Below, one piece after another: positions 36,340 to 49,432 of a stretch of 64,000 bases of DNA. Source of the stretch: Moniliella sp. 'wahieum'. Taxonomy: Eukaryota. The notes beneath the pieces are model-generated. The model saw only the letters and a program-made list of their open reading frames with translations, had not been told where the DNA came from and searched no databases. The stretch is from NCBI GenBank assembly GCA_003971905.1, contig RSEE01000003.1, positions 62,001-126,000 on the forward strand. The letters run 5' to 3'. Position 1 is the stretch's first letter. The number at the start of each line of letters is the position of its first letter. The position numbers were made by a program, and so were the translations under genes.

Positions 36340-37881
36340 ATGTCGGTGCACAGGAAGACTTCGATTGCGACCATCCGGACGCTCAACCACCTTGAGTGGC
36401 CCCGAGGCATGGGCATCAAGGCTGCCAGTCGCATGCCGCGCATTTTAAGAACCACGCCCGCTGGACGCCCATCCGCACCCGTATCATCTTTTGGAACATT
36501 GCGCCCGGCGACTATGTTCGTCAGCGCACGGGAAAGTACTTCTCCCGTCTCAGCCTGCCCGGTGGAGGACCCGTCTCGGTCCCAGCTGCGTGTCCGCGGC
36601 GAGGGCATCGTGGACCAGGTGGACCGTCACCACAACAAGGTCTTTCTCCGCGTTGACGAGGACGACGACAACCCGCGGCTGAACATGCTGGCTCCTGCGC
36701 TGAAGCGTCAGCTTACCTCCCGCTCGGTCGTGACCAACGGCGAACGCAACTACACGCCCAACTTCACCAAGGTCGCTCGTGCCATTCATTACTCCAACTT
36801 GCAGGTCCGCATCCCGAATGAGGTCCTCCCCGAGGAGGTCGTAAAGGCGGCTCAAGACCAGCCCATTTACGCAATCAAGATGACCAAGCGCCACGTTGGT
36901 TACGATCGTCGTGCTGGCCACTTTGCCTGGGAGCGGATTGCGACCTATCGCCACCCGGTCACCCGCGAAAAGCACAAGGTCAAGCTCCCTTGGCCGAAGC
37001 GGGAACGCAAGGCGCGTGACTTCAAAAAGTACACCACTGGACGCAACGATGTGCTGGAGGAGAGTTGGGTGCCGTGGGACCCGCGTGACCCGGTGTTCAC
37101 CCTGCCCGAGATGCGGACTGCCACTGGTCGTGTTTGGTCCACGCCCGAGTCGGAGGTGCGCGCCGCGCGCGCTCGTATCTTCTGGGAAGCGTACAAGAAC
37201 GCCATCAAGCGCGCTGCCAAGGTGGAGACGAACCACCCGAGATTGGCCGACAAGTACATTGGCTACGGTAAGAATACCGACTGGGCTCGTCGTGTGACCG
37301 CTGCGCCGCCGCCTTCCGCCCAGCAACCTCTGCCGTCTGAGAAGGTCAACTTGCGCAACAAACTTCTTGCTGCCTGGGCCTCCGACCCGGCACGTAAGGA
37401 TCACATTGAAGTCGAGGGCGGCCGTGCGTTTGCGGCACAAGATTACCTCAAGCTGGCCCCCGTGTACGGGCCCTACTCGGAGAAGAATTGGGCTGGGTTT
37501 GACGAGCAGAAGGCATGGAGTTCGCTGTCCGAGGTGCGGCAGTTGCCCACCGGTCTGCTCCTCCAGCGTCCCAACAAGGCCCAGATTGACGCGTTCCCCA
37601 TTGAGCTGCTGATGCACCGCGAGCTGACTTGGCGCAAGATCATGCACCCCGCCGAGCGTGACCGGCGCGGTCTCAAGCTCTTCCGGCAAGAGCAGGCCGA
37701 GCAGGCGGAAGAAGAGGCGGAGGAGTTTGGTATGGAGGAGGAGGAATTCGACGAGGAGGATGGCGAGGGCGACTGGGTCGAGGAGGAGGACAATGTGCCA
37801 CGTCTTCCCAACGGACAACCCATCCCCAAGTTCACGCCCCGGCAGCAGCGCATGAACTCGCTTCGCAACCTGCGTCTGTAA
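36340..37881 (+). CDS. MRPL40: Mitochondrial large-subunit ribosomal protein uL24m (MrpL40-like) with long C-terminal extension
   Basis: PIRTRIIFWNIAPGDYV (shifted frame), GEGIVDQVDRHHNKVFL, AIHYSNLQV, W.RIAT…LPWPK; strongly biased codon usage. Confidence 0.75.
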   Translation: MSVHRKTSIATIRTLNHLEWPRGMGIKAASRMPRILRTTPAGRPSAPVSSFGTLRPATMFVSARESTSPVSACPVEDPSRSQLRVRGEGIVDQVDRHHNKVFLRVDEDDDNPRLNMLAPALKRQLTSRSVVTNGERNYTPNFTKVARAIHYSNLQVRIPNEVLPEEVVKAAQDQPIYAIKMTKRHVGYDRRAGHFAWERIATYRHPVTREKHKVKLPWPKRERKARDFKKYTTGRNDVLEESWVPWDPRDPVFTLPEMRTATGRVWSTPESEVRAARARIFWEAYKNAIKRAAKVETNHPRLADKYIGYGKNTDWARRVTAAPPPSAQQPLPSEKVNLRNKLLAAWASDPARKDHIEVEGGRAFAAQDYLKLAPVYGPYSEKNWAGFDEQKAWSSLSEVRQLPTGLLLQRPNKAQIDAFPIELLMHRELTWRKIMHPAERDRRGLKLFRQEQAEQAEEEAEEFGMEEEEFDEEDGEGDWVEEEDNVPRLPNGQPIPKFTPRQQRMNSLRNLRL

Positions 37882-38311
37882 ACGGTTTCTTTGCCGGCAG
37901 TTGTCGGCTGCGATTGCGAACCCCAAATGGCATTGTTCTCTCATGCTATTCCGCCCGAGTTTGCTTGTGCCATAGAACCTTGTGAAGACGTGCTAGCCAA
38001 GACAGCTTCAGACCGGAGGGCAAGCAGTTGGTAGTGATTTGGATTGTGCACCTCATGAGCTACAGAGGCTCGAACGATTCAGTTGTTCTCTTCAGGAAGG
38101 AATTTGAACCCGATCCTCCAGCGAGCAACGCCTGGGATTGGGCTAACGGTGCCGTTAGCCTAGGGTAGGGCCACACAACCGTCACCTCCTTTCCGTCTCC
38201 TGCTGCCAGCAGGCGGTCTTTATATCTGGGAACGGAAGATGGACCCGGGATGGAGGTGAGTACTGCCAATGTTCTCAGTGCAACAATAGTCCCAACTTCC
38301 AGAAAAAAATA

Positions 38312-38383
38312 TGGACGAACAGGGAATTGAACCCCGGACCTCATGCATGCTAAGCAAGCGCTCTACCCCTGAGCTATCCGCCC
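38312..38383 (-). tRNA. tRNA-Ala (anticodon AGC), intronless
   Basis: GGGCGGATAGCTCAGGGGTAGAGCGCTTGCTTAGCATGCATGAGGTCCGGGGTTCAATTCCCTGTTCGTCCA folds as a cloverleaf; G3:U70 Ala identity pair; T7 Pol III terminator directly downstream. Confidence 0.96.
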
Positions 38384-38774
38384 TTTGGTTAAACGCATAC
38401 CTATTCTCCCATGTTTATGAGGCCCCCGCATTTCGATACCACTCACGCATACCGTTCCATCTACCAAAAAAAAGGCGGAGGGGCTCTTCTTCCATTTTGT
38501 TGGCTGGCTATCAGTGGGACGCTATTGACCCAATCACCGAGGCCAGGATCATGCACATGATGATAGAAACACGAAATAAGGGGAGGGAGCAAACGAATGT
38601 GGGGTTGGCTCAACGACGGCCTACTGTTACGCCGCTCATCATAGCAGGGAGGCCATTGGTAACCACTGCACGCACAACGAACGGAACTGCACTAAGACAG
38701 CTGCGTAGTGAATGACGACATTCAGATAGGCAAGCGCAATGCACGTCCAACGGGGGTGCAGTGTATGCAAATAT

Positions 38775-40441
38775 TTATGGCGTAAGCAAGTCTTGCCCTA
38801 ACCCTCCCATACGCATGGGCGGAAGCAAAGTTGTGGTCTTCGTTTCCAATTCCCCGAGCTCAAACGGGGGCGTAGTGGGCGTGGCGGGGGGGGTAGCGCG
38901 GGGGGTTGCCACAGCGATCCTTTCCATAGGCAATGCGGGTGTGTTGGTAATCGGGGTGATGCTTCATCTCGGAACTGGCACGGATTGCGTTGTGGAGGCT
39001 GCAAAAGTTGACGAACGCCTGGAGAAACAAGAAGGGGAAATTAGTATCAAAGGTGAGCGACTAGGGCTTAACTTGAAGCTTGAAGTCGCACAAGAGGCGA
39101 TCAACGTACACAGTTTTTTCTGGCAATCGGTTCACCTGCTCGATCTCGCCAAAGACGGAAAAGTCGGTGTGCAACTTTTCTTCGGTAATGGGGTGAATGG
39201 GGTGGTCCAGGTTGCCAACATACACGTTGCGCGACCCCCCAGCTTGCACGGCCATGGCCAAAACAGGTGCTAAGGGTCCCGAAGGCCGTCCCCAGCCGAC
39301 CTTGATACGACGCGAATGGATGGTGAGGGATCCTGGGCGCCCGTCCACATCCGAGACCTGGGTCGCAGAGGAGAAAAAAGCATAAGCCGCATTGGGGTCG
39401 ATAAAGGTGACAAAGGCAATGTGCTTGTCGGCAAAGTAGCGAATGGACTGAAGAATGCCGCCGCGAATATGATTGCATAGCTCCTCGGTTGAGGTGTCGG
39501 GGTGGATGTCACCCAGGTAAATGGTGCGGTTGCCGAGTTGGCTCGGCTCGGGCAAATTGAGATGTAAATTGGATCCATCTTCTTGGTGCTGTTGGGTCAA
39601 GGCGGCGCCAACTTGGGCAGCAGCGACCATGGCGGAACGGTGATTGTGCGCTTGGTTTTCCTGCTGTGCACGGGGTACATGGGCACACCGATCGCGTCCA
39701 AAATTGATTCGCTGGTGGCTCCAGGCCGGGTCGGAGGACAACGTCGCAATGGCAGTCATGGCGGTGGAGATGGAAAGAAAGTGGACAAAGGCGATGCGAC
39801 GGTCATGCACTAGCTTGACCTGGTCAATTGGCCCCAGATTGGTCAAACGGTCACGCAACTCGGCTTCGGCGGCGGGACGGGCAACAAAGTCTGGGTCCAG
39901 GTTGCCAATGTAGACGTTGCGTGTAGCGGCACAATTGGCCACCGCCGCGGCGATGGCGGGTGGGAGAGGGGCGGGGCGGCCCCAGCCAACGCGGAGCGGG
40001 TTTCCATGGAGCGCAAAGGGTCGGGCGCAGCTAGCGGCGGCATGAAAGGCGGCGGCGGTGAGTGGATTTAGGAAGCTGATAAAGGCACATTGTTTCGCTG
40101 GAATCACGCGCACATTCTCGATGGGGCCATGGCGGATGAGATCGAGAAGCTCGTCGACCGAGGCGCGGCGGGAAGGTTGCCGAGATAGACGGTGCGCGAT
40201 GCAATGGGAGGAACGGCAGGTGGGAGAGGAGAGACTCCAGGAACGGGGACAGAGTAGAGGACTGGGGCAGGAACAACCAGGCCGGGGAGTATAGACCGTA
40301 GGGGCTGGGGGGAGCGTGGAGGGGCGTGGAAGGGGGGCTAAAGTAGAGGGCGTGGGGAAGAGGGAGAGGCGAGGCGAGTAGGGCGGCGGTGGGAGCAGGA
40401 TCGAGATCGGAATCGGGGGCAGTGGGGGAAGCGGCGGCCAT
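38775..40441 (-). CDS. MRN1: Four-RRM RNA-binding protein (S. cerevisiae Mrn1 / S. pombe Nrd1 family)
   Basis: [36 protein letters not shown]; linkers [23 protein letters not shown]; intron 39019..39109. Confidence 0.88.
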
Positions 40442-43400
40442 GTCGACGACGATGGAGGGGGTGTGGCAAGGAGAGAGGGGGCAGGGGGCAGGGGAGGGGC
40501 AATGCGTGAAGCGAGGAACGGATGTGGAATGTGCTGATCCTGACGGTGTGGCCGAGGATGACGGGTGAGGCCAGGGTGATGACGATGAGGCCTGAGGCTG
40601 AGGCCAGAGGCCAGTGGTGATGCAGATGGACGAGTATTGGTGATGCGGCGTCGGTTCTCAGATGAGAATCTGAACTCTGGCAGATCTCTCAGCACTGAAC
40701 GTACTGAACGTTGAATGTTCAGTTGAACTCGGTACGCAGCACAGTGGGCGAACCGAAGGAAGGCAGAGAGATGTGTTGAATGAGTTGGATGGGAGACATG
40801 TAGCTTGCAGCTTCAGATCCACCTTGGCTGGGCTGGCTGATCTTCTTAGGATGCGTTGGCCTTGGCAAACAGTGAGTCTAGGATGGACTGAGTATGAGTG
40901 TAGCGACTATCGTGACTTATTGGTGACGTGAGCTTCACTCGTGACTACTAAGGACTAGTGACAGCCACCAGTCACTGGGACTGGTGCCACCTGCCTGGTA
41001 CTCAGAACGAGCACCGAGAAGCTGAGTTTGGATAGGAAAGAGTAGGACAGACGAGTCATAGGCTAGAGGAGCACCGCGTCGGACCGAGTACTCTCGTAAC
41101 CGCGTCACCGATCACCGTCATTCGCTCTCGCTCTCAGCAGCTGATGGATGCGATGCAAGCTGCAGGGGGCATGCCCGCCGCAGGATCGGCATGGCGGGCT
41201 GAGGCCTGAGGCGTGAGGATGGATGGGTGGTCATCGATCGGAGGTGGCATTCCCATACTGCCGCCCCGCCTGTGCCGATCGCCTTCGGCAGGCACAGACG
41301 CTATGCGCTATGCAGGGTTCGCTGACGCGCATACCTGAGACTGCGCAAGGGGGCAGTGTGCCACCCAACCGCACCGACACAGGCCCTGGGGCGGACAAGC
41401 ACCGCACTGTCGATCCGATCCAACCGCACTGGTGGGTTGTGGGAGGTTGTGAGTGTATAGATCCATCGCCCGTCTACGTGTCCAGCACCATCAGATCACC
41501 AATCTCTCGCCATGGCCACCTGTCACATGTCACACGCTCAGCCTCCGCGGTATCGATGATGGAAAAGCTCCTTGGACGTTGCCTGCTTTATACCATTTGG
41601 CTGCCTCCCCTTCGTTCCAGGCAGCCCCACAGCAGAGCAACGGGAGTTCGAGTCTCCTCATGATGAGATCTGAGAGGAGTTGGCCGCGTTGACGCTTTCC
41701 CCACCCCCACTGACAGCTCTTCCGTTTTCGAGTCCACACGCGCCTTGGCTGGCACCGACAGCAGAGCCGTCTGTCTCCCTAAACTTACAGCCAGCCATCA
41801 TCATGATGAGATCCTTCCAACAGCTGAGGGAGAAGCCACTGCACCGCTCGCTTGCCTTCATTTTTCGTCTATCCCCGTCCGTGTGTTGTCAGCCACATGG
41901 ATGAAGACAACGATGAGACTCTCCAACACCTTCTCAGTCTCAATACGAGATTCGTTATAGTTTTCACCGCTGTATACAACCATCAGCCCGTCAAATTTGC
42001 GAGAAGCCAAATGTAATGGCAGTGCTGCAACCGCTATAGTACCTCTTCTGTTGGCCTCAACTTCCGGAAGATAATATGTTTCTGGTCAATCGCATATGCC
42101 TGCACATATGACTGCAGAGAGGAAAGCACGTATAGCGTCGTCCACGTTGCACGACGATGACTATTAGCTTCAACGGTCGCGGAGCACTTCCGGTCTCACT
42201 AGCCCAGACCCGGGCGGGGGTTCCGAAGACTGCTGGTGCGCGCGTATCCACCTAAGCCAGCGACTAGTAATAACATTCTCCTCGGTACCCTCATCCTGCC
42301 TCCTACCACTAATGCCTATCTCTCGCCCGCGATCGATCACCTACGCTACTGTCTGCGCTGTTCTGTGTCATCGCGGTCTCTACTATAGCCGGGTGGATCA
42401 GGACGACGCTACACGATCGCTTTCCTTCTTTCAGATTGTAAAGCTTCTACCATCCCCGTTCCTCCTCTCTATCCCCTTTCGCCTTTTTAACATAATGTAC
42501 AACCAATTTAGCGCAGGCGGAAGTCCGACTCTTCGCACTGAAGGGGGGGTATCCGTCTCCCTTTTTCCCGCTCAGTGCCAATGGGGCACGATACTTCTTA
42601 TTAAGCCAGATCACAAAGCCTTGTTGTCATTCGACAGCAACAGTCCTGCTTGCGACACACACACCTGGTTACGACCCACATTGAGGTGTGGAAGTGCACA
42701 GGGCTATACTCCAATAGCCGTCGCGTGCACTGGACCTTCTGTTTCCCCCTTTTGTTATATGCTCTCTCCTTTTCTCTGTGTGACCCGCGGACACTCATGT
42801 GAATGTCCCCTTTCTGTGGGGAATATATACCACACCTCTGTTCCCTTGATGAATGTACTATCCTGATCCCTGCTGATGCAGCTGAACGAAGTGAGGATAA
42901 TGAAGGATGAGGTTCTGATGAGGTGTGCAAAAAGGAGTTCTTTAATATGACATGGACACTTTTGAGGTTATACCGCCGAACAATAAGGGGGCGTATCCTC
43001 AAGTGTATCTCTGCTGATAAGAGAGGATGAGCCATGCACTATGACTCATCTCAATCATACTCTCCTAGGGTGACATGATAGAAACATCTCCCTCTCCGTC
43101 AACCCCTTTTCCCCCTCTCCATCTCCTGAAAGAGGAAAAGGAAAAGCAACGCCACGCCCTCGGGTTGCCATATGTTAACAGAAGAGTATCGACTCTGCAT
43201 GTCCGTCGGTCTGCTCATTTCAAGATAAAAGCTTGGCCTTGGCGAGCCTACTAGCTCTGCAGCCGACAGAGTTTCCCAGTCGACACTTCGGCGTATATGC
43301 AAAAGGGGTACGGTGTGCGTATTAGGGAAGACGATGAGAGTCACAAACCTCAACAGAATGGATAACCGGCACGAGGAGGCCACCGGGCCTACGGCGTGGT

Positions 43401-43947
43401 CAGCTGGGCTTCGCCCCAGTCTGGTCTGCTGGGCCACCGTCGTCACCGTCGTCACCGTTCCACCGGTCCGCCGTTCCACGCTGGAGAGAGGTGAAATCAT
43501 ATCACCAATGTGCGGTTGGCTGCGCTATGGGTGGCTGGCTTGTCTTGCTTCCAAAGCAACACTAGCTCATAAACGAAAAGAAGATTGGGGGTAAGTGGTA
43601 GACCACTCAACCTGAGCACTCGTGCAGCTCTTAGATCGTACAGCACTACATCCTTTGTGCTCTTGAGAGCAAGTCGATGGCCCACAAGTGCACAAGCATA
43701 GTAGGCGAAAAACGATAAAAATCGAAATCGAATTCCTCTCCAGCCGCAGACCACTTGCATCGTTTTATCAATTGTGACAGTGATATGACTCTGCCCGCGG
43801 GCGGGATGGGAAGAAGGCGAAGGAAATTCCGCCCTGACAAAAACCAACCAGGTGGCTCTGGTGCGCTCGGCGCGAGCGCCAGGAGCTTGGTCGCCCGCTG
43901 GCTTGAGTTTCTTCCCCCCACCAACTACCAACACCACCGCCGTCACC

Positions 43948-45427
43948 ATGATCGACATCAACCTGCTCAAAGACGAGGACGGCATCAAGCTTGTGCGCGA
44001 CTCGCAGGCGAAGCGCTACGCCGATCCCACCCTGGTGGACCGCACCCTGGCCCTGTACAAGGAGTGGACTGCGGCCCAGTTTGAGCTCAATGCGCTGCAG
44101 AAGGAGGTCAATGCTACCCAGAAGGAGATCACCGCTAAGCGCAAGGCCAAGCAGTCTGCCGACGATGAGATGAACAAGAAGAAGGAACTTGATGCCAAGG
44201 TCGCTGCGGCCAAGCCCAAGGTCGCTGAGGCGGAGGAGGCTGTGCGCAAGGAAGCACGCAAGATTGGTAACTTGGTCGACGATGAGATTGGCACACTGGT
44301 TGACCCTGCCCACCCTGAAGAGAGAAGGTGCCTTCGTCCAACGATGAGGACAACAATCTCGTCGTTGCTACCTATGGCAACCCCGAAATGAAGACGTACG
44401 TTCCTCCTCTTTCGTTCCTTTTCTTGCTTCCCTTTTCGCGCGCTTGGGTCTAACGATACCATAGCGACATTCTCTCTCACGATGAGGTCATGTACCGTCT
44501 GGAAATGTTCGACTCGGAACGAGGCGTCAAGGTGGTGGGCCACCGTGGCTACTTCCTCACTGGAGACGGGGTGGATTTGAACCAAGCGCTGATTTCGTAT
44601 GCACTTGATTTCCTCAAGAAGCGTGAATTCCCCAAGGCGGTCAAGGAGGGAGAGCCCCAAGTGGCCAAGTTTAAGAAGGTGCAGACCCCCTTCTTTATGA
44701 AGAAAGAGCTCATGGCCAAGACCGCGCAACTGGAGGAGTTTGACGAGGCATTGTATGGGATCCGCGAGGGAGACGAGGTGGACAAGTACCTGATTGCTAC
44801 CTCGGAACAGCCCATCTCGGCGTTCCATGCCGGCGAATGGTTCGACAAGCCTGCTGAGCAGCTTCCCAAGATGTACGCGGGCTACTCGACCTGCTTCCGT
44901 AAGGAGGCCGGCTCGCACGGCAAGGACATGTGGGGGTTGTTCCGTGTGCACCAGTTTGAAAAGATTGAGCAGTTCTGCATCACCGAGCCGGACCAGTCCC
45001 GGCCATGCTGGCTCACATGTTGAGCAACTCGCGTGCCTTCTACGAGAGCCTTGGCATTCCCTACCGCGTCGTGGCCATCGTGACCGGTGCACTGAACAAT
45101 GCAGCGGCCACCAAGTTCGATCTCGAGGCCTGGTTCCCCTTCCAGAGGGAGTACAAGGAGCTCGTCTCGTGCTCCAACTGCACGGACTACCAGTCGCGCG
45201 AACTCGAAGTGAGGTGCGGGATTAAGAAGAACGATGGGAAGAAGGTGTACTGCCATATGCTCAACGGGACGCTGTGCGCGACCGAGCGCGCGCTGTGCTG
45301 CATCGTGGAGAACTACCAGACTCCCGAGGGACTCAACGTGCCCAAGGTGCTGCAGCCCTACATGGGGGGCCAGACCTTCATCCCCTACTCGCGCGAGCTG
45401 CCGGCCAAGAAGCCGGCCAAGAAGTAG
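43948..45427 (+). CDS. SES1: Cytosolic seryl-tRNA synthetase
   Basis: MIDINLL, YLIATSEQPISAFH, STCFRKEAGSHGKD.WGLFRVHQFEKIEQF, ELVSCSNCTDYQSR, HMLNGTLCATERALCC; intron 44396..44464. Confidence 0.97.
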
Positions 45428-45599
45428 ATGCTCCTGGTCCATGGCCACCAGCCTTGTGCCCCCGAACTTCCCCCTCCTCGCTCCCATCTCTTCCAGTTGA
45501 GATGCCATCTATTTCCCCCCTTCCTGTGTGCTTCCTGAAACCAAATATAGAAGTACACGCCCCGTCGAAACAGAAGACAAACGAGATAGCCAACGAAAG

Positions 45600-46130
45600 A
45601 GATAAGCCACCGCCTCCCCGTATGCCGCGCGCGCTCAGGGAGACGTCTGCGCAAGCTTGGCCGTGGTAACCCGTTGATCAAGTCTGGCGATAGGGTCAGC
45701 ACATGCGTTGGGAGTCGCAGGCCAGACAGCCAACGTACTTGTGATGGACTTCTCCAAGTCATCGATCCGGTCCGACATTTCTTGCGAACGTGCCTCGTAT
45801 TGCCGGTTGAGGGTGGAAAATTGCGCCTCTAGGCGATTGAGCGCTGCGTCGACCCAGTCGGTGAGCTGGTGGGGGGAGGTGATCTCCTGCGGAAGCGCCG
45901 AAACGCTAAGAGAGCCGGACGGATAGGGCGAGAGGGGTGCGGCGGCCGTGTCGGCCGTGACGGCGGGGGCGGCAGGGGCTGGTGTGGCGGCGGGCAAGGA
46001 CAGCGTCGACCGCTCCCCGGTCTCGTCGGCTGGAGTGGTGTGGGGTGGTGGTGGTCCCCAGCCGGCCCGGGGGGCGCAGTGGCCGGCGCGGAAGAGCAGA
46101 AGAGGCGGCAGACACGTCGGCGCCACTCAT
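45600..46130 (-). CDS. Heat shock factor binding protein 1 (HSBP1)-family coiled-coil protein; 3' end approximate
   Basis: ITSPHQLTDWVDAALNRLEAQFSTLN….SQEMSDRIDDLEKSI; candidate intron ~45683..45738. Confidence 0.75.
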
Positions 46131-46385
46131 GGCAGCAGGGGGATGGTGGCTCGCTAGCAGCTGGTATCTAGCAAACCAACATCGGTGCATCAGCCCATCA
46201 GCGCGTGCAGCCGCCGCCAGCAGCGCTCCTGCGGACTGGGCGGGGCAGGCGCGGAATGGCGGCGCGGAATGATTAATGGCTGAGACCGGAGCCACCTGAG
46301 AACAGGCGGACCACTCTCGTCGACTTGCTACGAATCGAGTCTAGGCAGACGAGCAGCCACGCCCACCATCACTCCCGCCCGAGCC

Positions 46386-47149
46386 ATGGTCGACCTTCCG
46401 CCCCTCCCACCCTTGTCGTTTCCTACAGCGGAAGAAAGGCGGCCCGTCCGTTGCGCCCGTCCGCCGCGAACTGGTCGCGGCACGCAAAACGGTGCTGGAC
46501 CAAATGACCCCCAACAACCTCGGCCAGGTCAAGATGCTCCACGCCGCCCTCTTCCCGGTCGTCTATTCAGACCGCTTCTACCAGAAGCGCTCTGGCCTCA
46601 AGTGCGCTCCCTCAACAAAATTGTATGTTTCCATTCCTTTGGGTGAGCATGTTCGCGTCTGCCCTGTCCTGTTCTGACCTGGCCTGGCCTGTCGTGCGTA
46701 CAGCCTACTTCAACGACCTGCCGGTGGGAAACATTATCTGTCGCTACGAGATTACGTCCGATACAACACTCAAGGTATACATCATGACTTTGGGTGTGCT
46801 TGCGCCATACCGTCGTCTTCACCTGGCTACTAAGATGCTCCAGAACGTACTTGAGGTTGCCAAGCCCGGCACAACTATCACCCTCCCTGAGCCCGGAGCA
46901 CCCGTGGCAAAGGAGGCCAAGGGGGGGAAGGAGAGCAAGGATGCCAAGGACACCAAGGGCACCAAAGAGAGCAAGGAAGCGAAAGGAAAGGAATACACGA
47001 TTGAGTGTGTGTACCTCAACATGCAAACCAACAACCAGGATGCGCGGGCCTTTTACGAACACCATGGCTTCACCATGACCAAAGAGGAGCCGCTCTACTA
47101 CCATGAAGGGATTGAGCCGCGGAGCGCATGGACGCTTGAATTCAAGTAA
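46386..47149 (+). CDS. NAA50: N-terminal acetyltransferase NatE catalytic subunit (Naa50/Nat5, GNAT)
   Basis: LDQMTPNNLGQVKMLHAALFPVVYSDRFY, AYFNDLPVG, YIMTLGVLAPYRRL, YLNMQTNNQDARAFYEHHGF; intron ~46623..46702; Lys/Glu-rich insertion. Confidence 0.9.
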
Positions 47150-48801
47150 GAAAGAGGAGGAAGTTCTGAATCATTATGCATGCATTTTTTGCTCAGTACT
47201 TTTTAACGAAGGCCTACGTTGAAGGCAAGGTGGTCGAGGGGGTGTCGAGCCAGGAAACGTTCCTCCCATTTTGCATTATGAGCGCTTCTTCTACGTCGGC
47301 CTTACCCAGGGGCAACAACTTGCGGTCCTCCACTGCTTGACACCTTTGAGCATAATCTCTCGTGTCTCGGCAGCGTCCCAAATTGCGACCACTTGACGAA
47401 GCCTCTGTCGGGGGGTGGTTGAAGCAAGTCGAGTTTTGGTAACCTGTTCCTGGAATCTGCATCGGGCGGTACGGAGAAATAGACACAGCCCGCCTTGCGT
47501 ACGTTCTTGATAGCGTTGTAAAGAGCCGTGCTGGCCGGTGGCTGGAGATGTTCCTTCTTCACATAATCGGTTCCCTTAGCAGTCATATCCCTCTACGGGT
47601 TACAGGATATGAACACAGGCTCGATCACCTCAATCACCTGCTCTCGACGGATGTAACTGCCGCCAGCATCTTTTACCCAACTTTTCAATACATAGATCAA
47701 GAAGTCGAGAAGGAAACATGTACCCACACTAGCCTATTCTCCAATTCATTTGACAGGGGTTGCCTGGTGGCTTGGCCAAGGAAGCCCGAGGCAACGCACT
47801 GACGGAGGCGGTTTCCCCATCTGTACCTGCTGAGAAGAGCAGGGACAGGTACTGGCTCTCGGGGGAATATATCGCCACGTTGCACTCTGCCTTCGTTCTC
47901 TTCCTTTATTGACGTTGCACAGAAGTGTGGGTTTGGAGAAAATGCCTGCCAGGTCTCCTTTCATAGTAACTAAAACCGTTGGGCACGAAGGCTCAATGGA
48001 CTTTCTCTGCAATAAAAGAGTTTTCGGCGGTGTTGTATCCGACTCCTCTTTCCGTGAATTGAGGCGGGGAAGGAGGGGGGTACCGTGAGTATACTGAAGA
48101 TTGTCGGCCCCTCAGTGCCGAGCATGGAAACGTGCACGTTTATGAAAATGGAGGATCTTGACCAGGCTCGGTTAGTTCCATAGGGGTAAACTCAATGAAG
48201 CAAAGGCTTAAGCCAGGGAGTTCTGCATTCTAAGTACGCAGGGTGAATGCATCAAATTGATAATGTCCTCTTGCGCTTGTGAGTCCATCAAACGTTAAAA
48301 CCTCGAGAGCAACTTAATGACCTCTAAAGCGACGTGTGGTGCGCAACCTCATATATGTTTGCCAACAGGGGTTGACCCATTGGATTACCGGGATAGGATC
48401 ACTTGGGTGTTTCGCATCTCCGGGATTGTTTTGTTATTGGGAAATGTATTGTTGAGGTATAGGATACCTCGGGTTAGGAGATACGTGTTTCTGCGCACCC
48501 TGTTTCAGCTGTGGGTCTACTGTTCGCCTATAGTATACCAACCCAAAAAGCGAGATGATGGGATAACTTTGTGAGATGGTAGTAATAGTATACAACGAGA
48601 CAGACACGCGTATGATAGGCAGACAACCTCAGCCGGCGGGATCAGCATCCAAGCAGAACCATTGTGCCAGCAGGATCCAGCCGAATCCAGCGTGACCAAC
48701 AAAGGTTGCTGGAGCAAAGACGATGGGAATAGAGGGGTGGGTATGTACCAGCATGACAACGGTAAAAGCGGAGACTAGAGCGAGGGAGACGGCAAGGAGG
48801 T

Positions 48802-49432
48802 TCAGAAGGAAAACACCTGTTGACGTCGCCAATGCAAGTCGAGAGACCACTGTGGAAGGCACTAGGGGGTCAGTACATGAGGGGGGGGGGGGGGGGGTGC
48901 GAGATGAAAGGGGGAGAACACGTACGCCTTTCCCCATATCGGGCATGTGCATGGCCAAGAGACGATGAGGCCCAGAACCAATGATTTTGAGCTCGCGTCG
49001 AAGGATGGTGCCAATCTCTTCGGGGTGGATGGAAGAGTCGAGCATGTCAAAACAAAGTGCATCGGGTGAGCGTGGCGAGTGTTTGGGTGGCGCAAGCTCA
49101 AAGGGGCCAGTGTACAAGATGGGCCGTCCGGTGCCTTCGATGGAAGTGGTGACGTAGCCGTCTGGGCTGTAGATGAGGAGACCGTGGGGACAAGGCCCGA
49201 GGGGTGCGTCGAGGACTTGGCCAGTGGCGTGAGTGGCCACAACGCGCTCCAGACTCCAGGTGCCAACGAGGCGGCGGAAGAGACCAGCCTGGGAAGGGTG
49301 CATGGGGTTGAAGGCGAGGTCGAGGTGGTTGTCGGGCTCGGTGGCAGCAGTACTGGTCGAGGCCTGCTCCCACATGGACGTGATGGAGGAAGGCGGAGTG
49401 GCGGTGGAAGCCGAGGGTAATGGCGACGGCAT
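48802..49432 (-). CDS. Lipocalin-like (Lipocalin_5-type) domain protein
   Basis: LVGTWSL…LG..PHGLLIYSPDGYVT…YTGPF. Splicing out intron ~48862..48925 gives the typical end …LDLHWRRQQVFSF*. Confidence 0.75.

Noticed and set aside
36550..37944. Long antisense ORFs (464 aa opposite MRPL40; also 59409..60467, 23080..24093, 9766..10854, 44016..45092)
   Set aside because: Shadows of strongly codon-biased, GC-rich genes on the opposite strand; no motifs of their own.
42845..42925. TGATGA/CTGA words suggesting a box C/D snoRNA
   Set aside because: No clear terminal stem or rRNA-complementary guide that I could identify; would need snoscan or Infernal.
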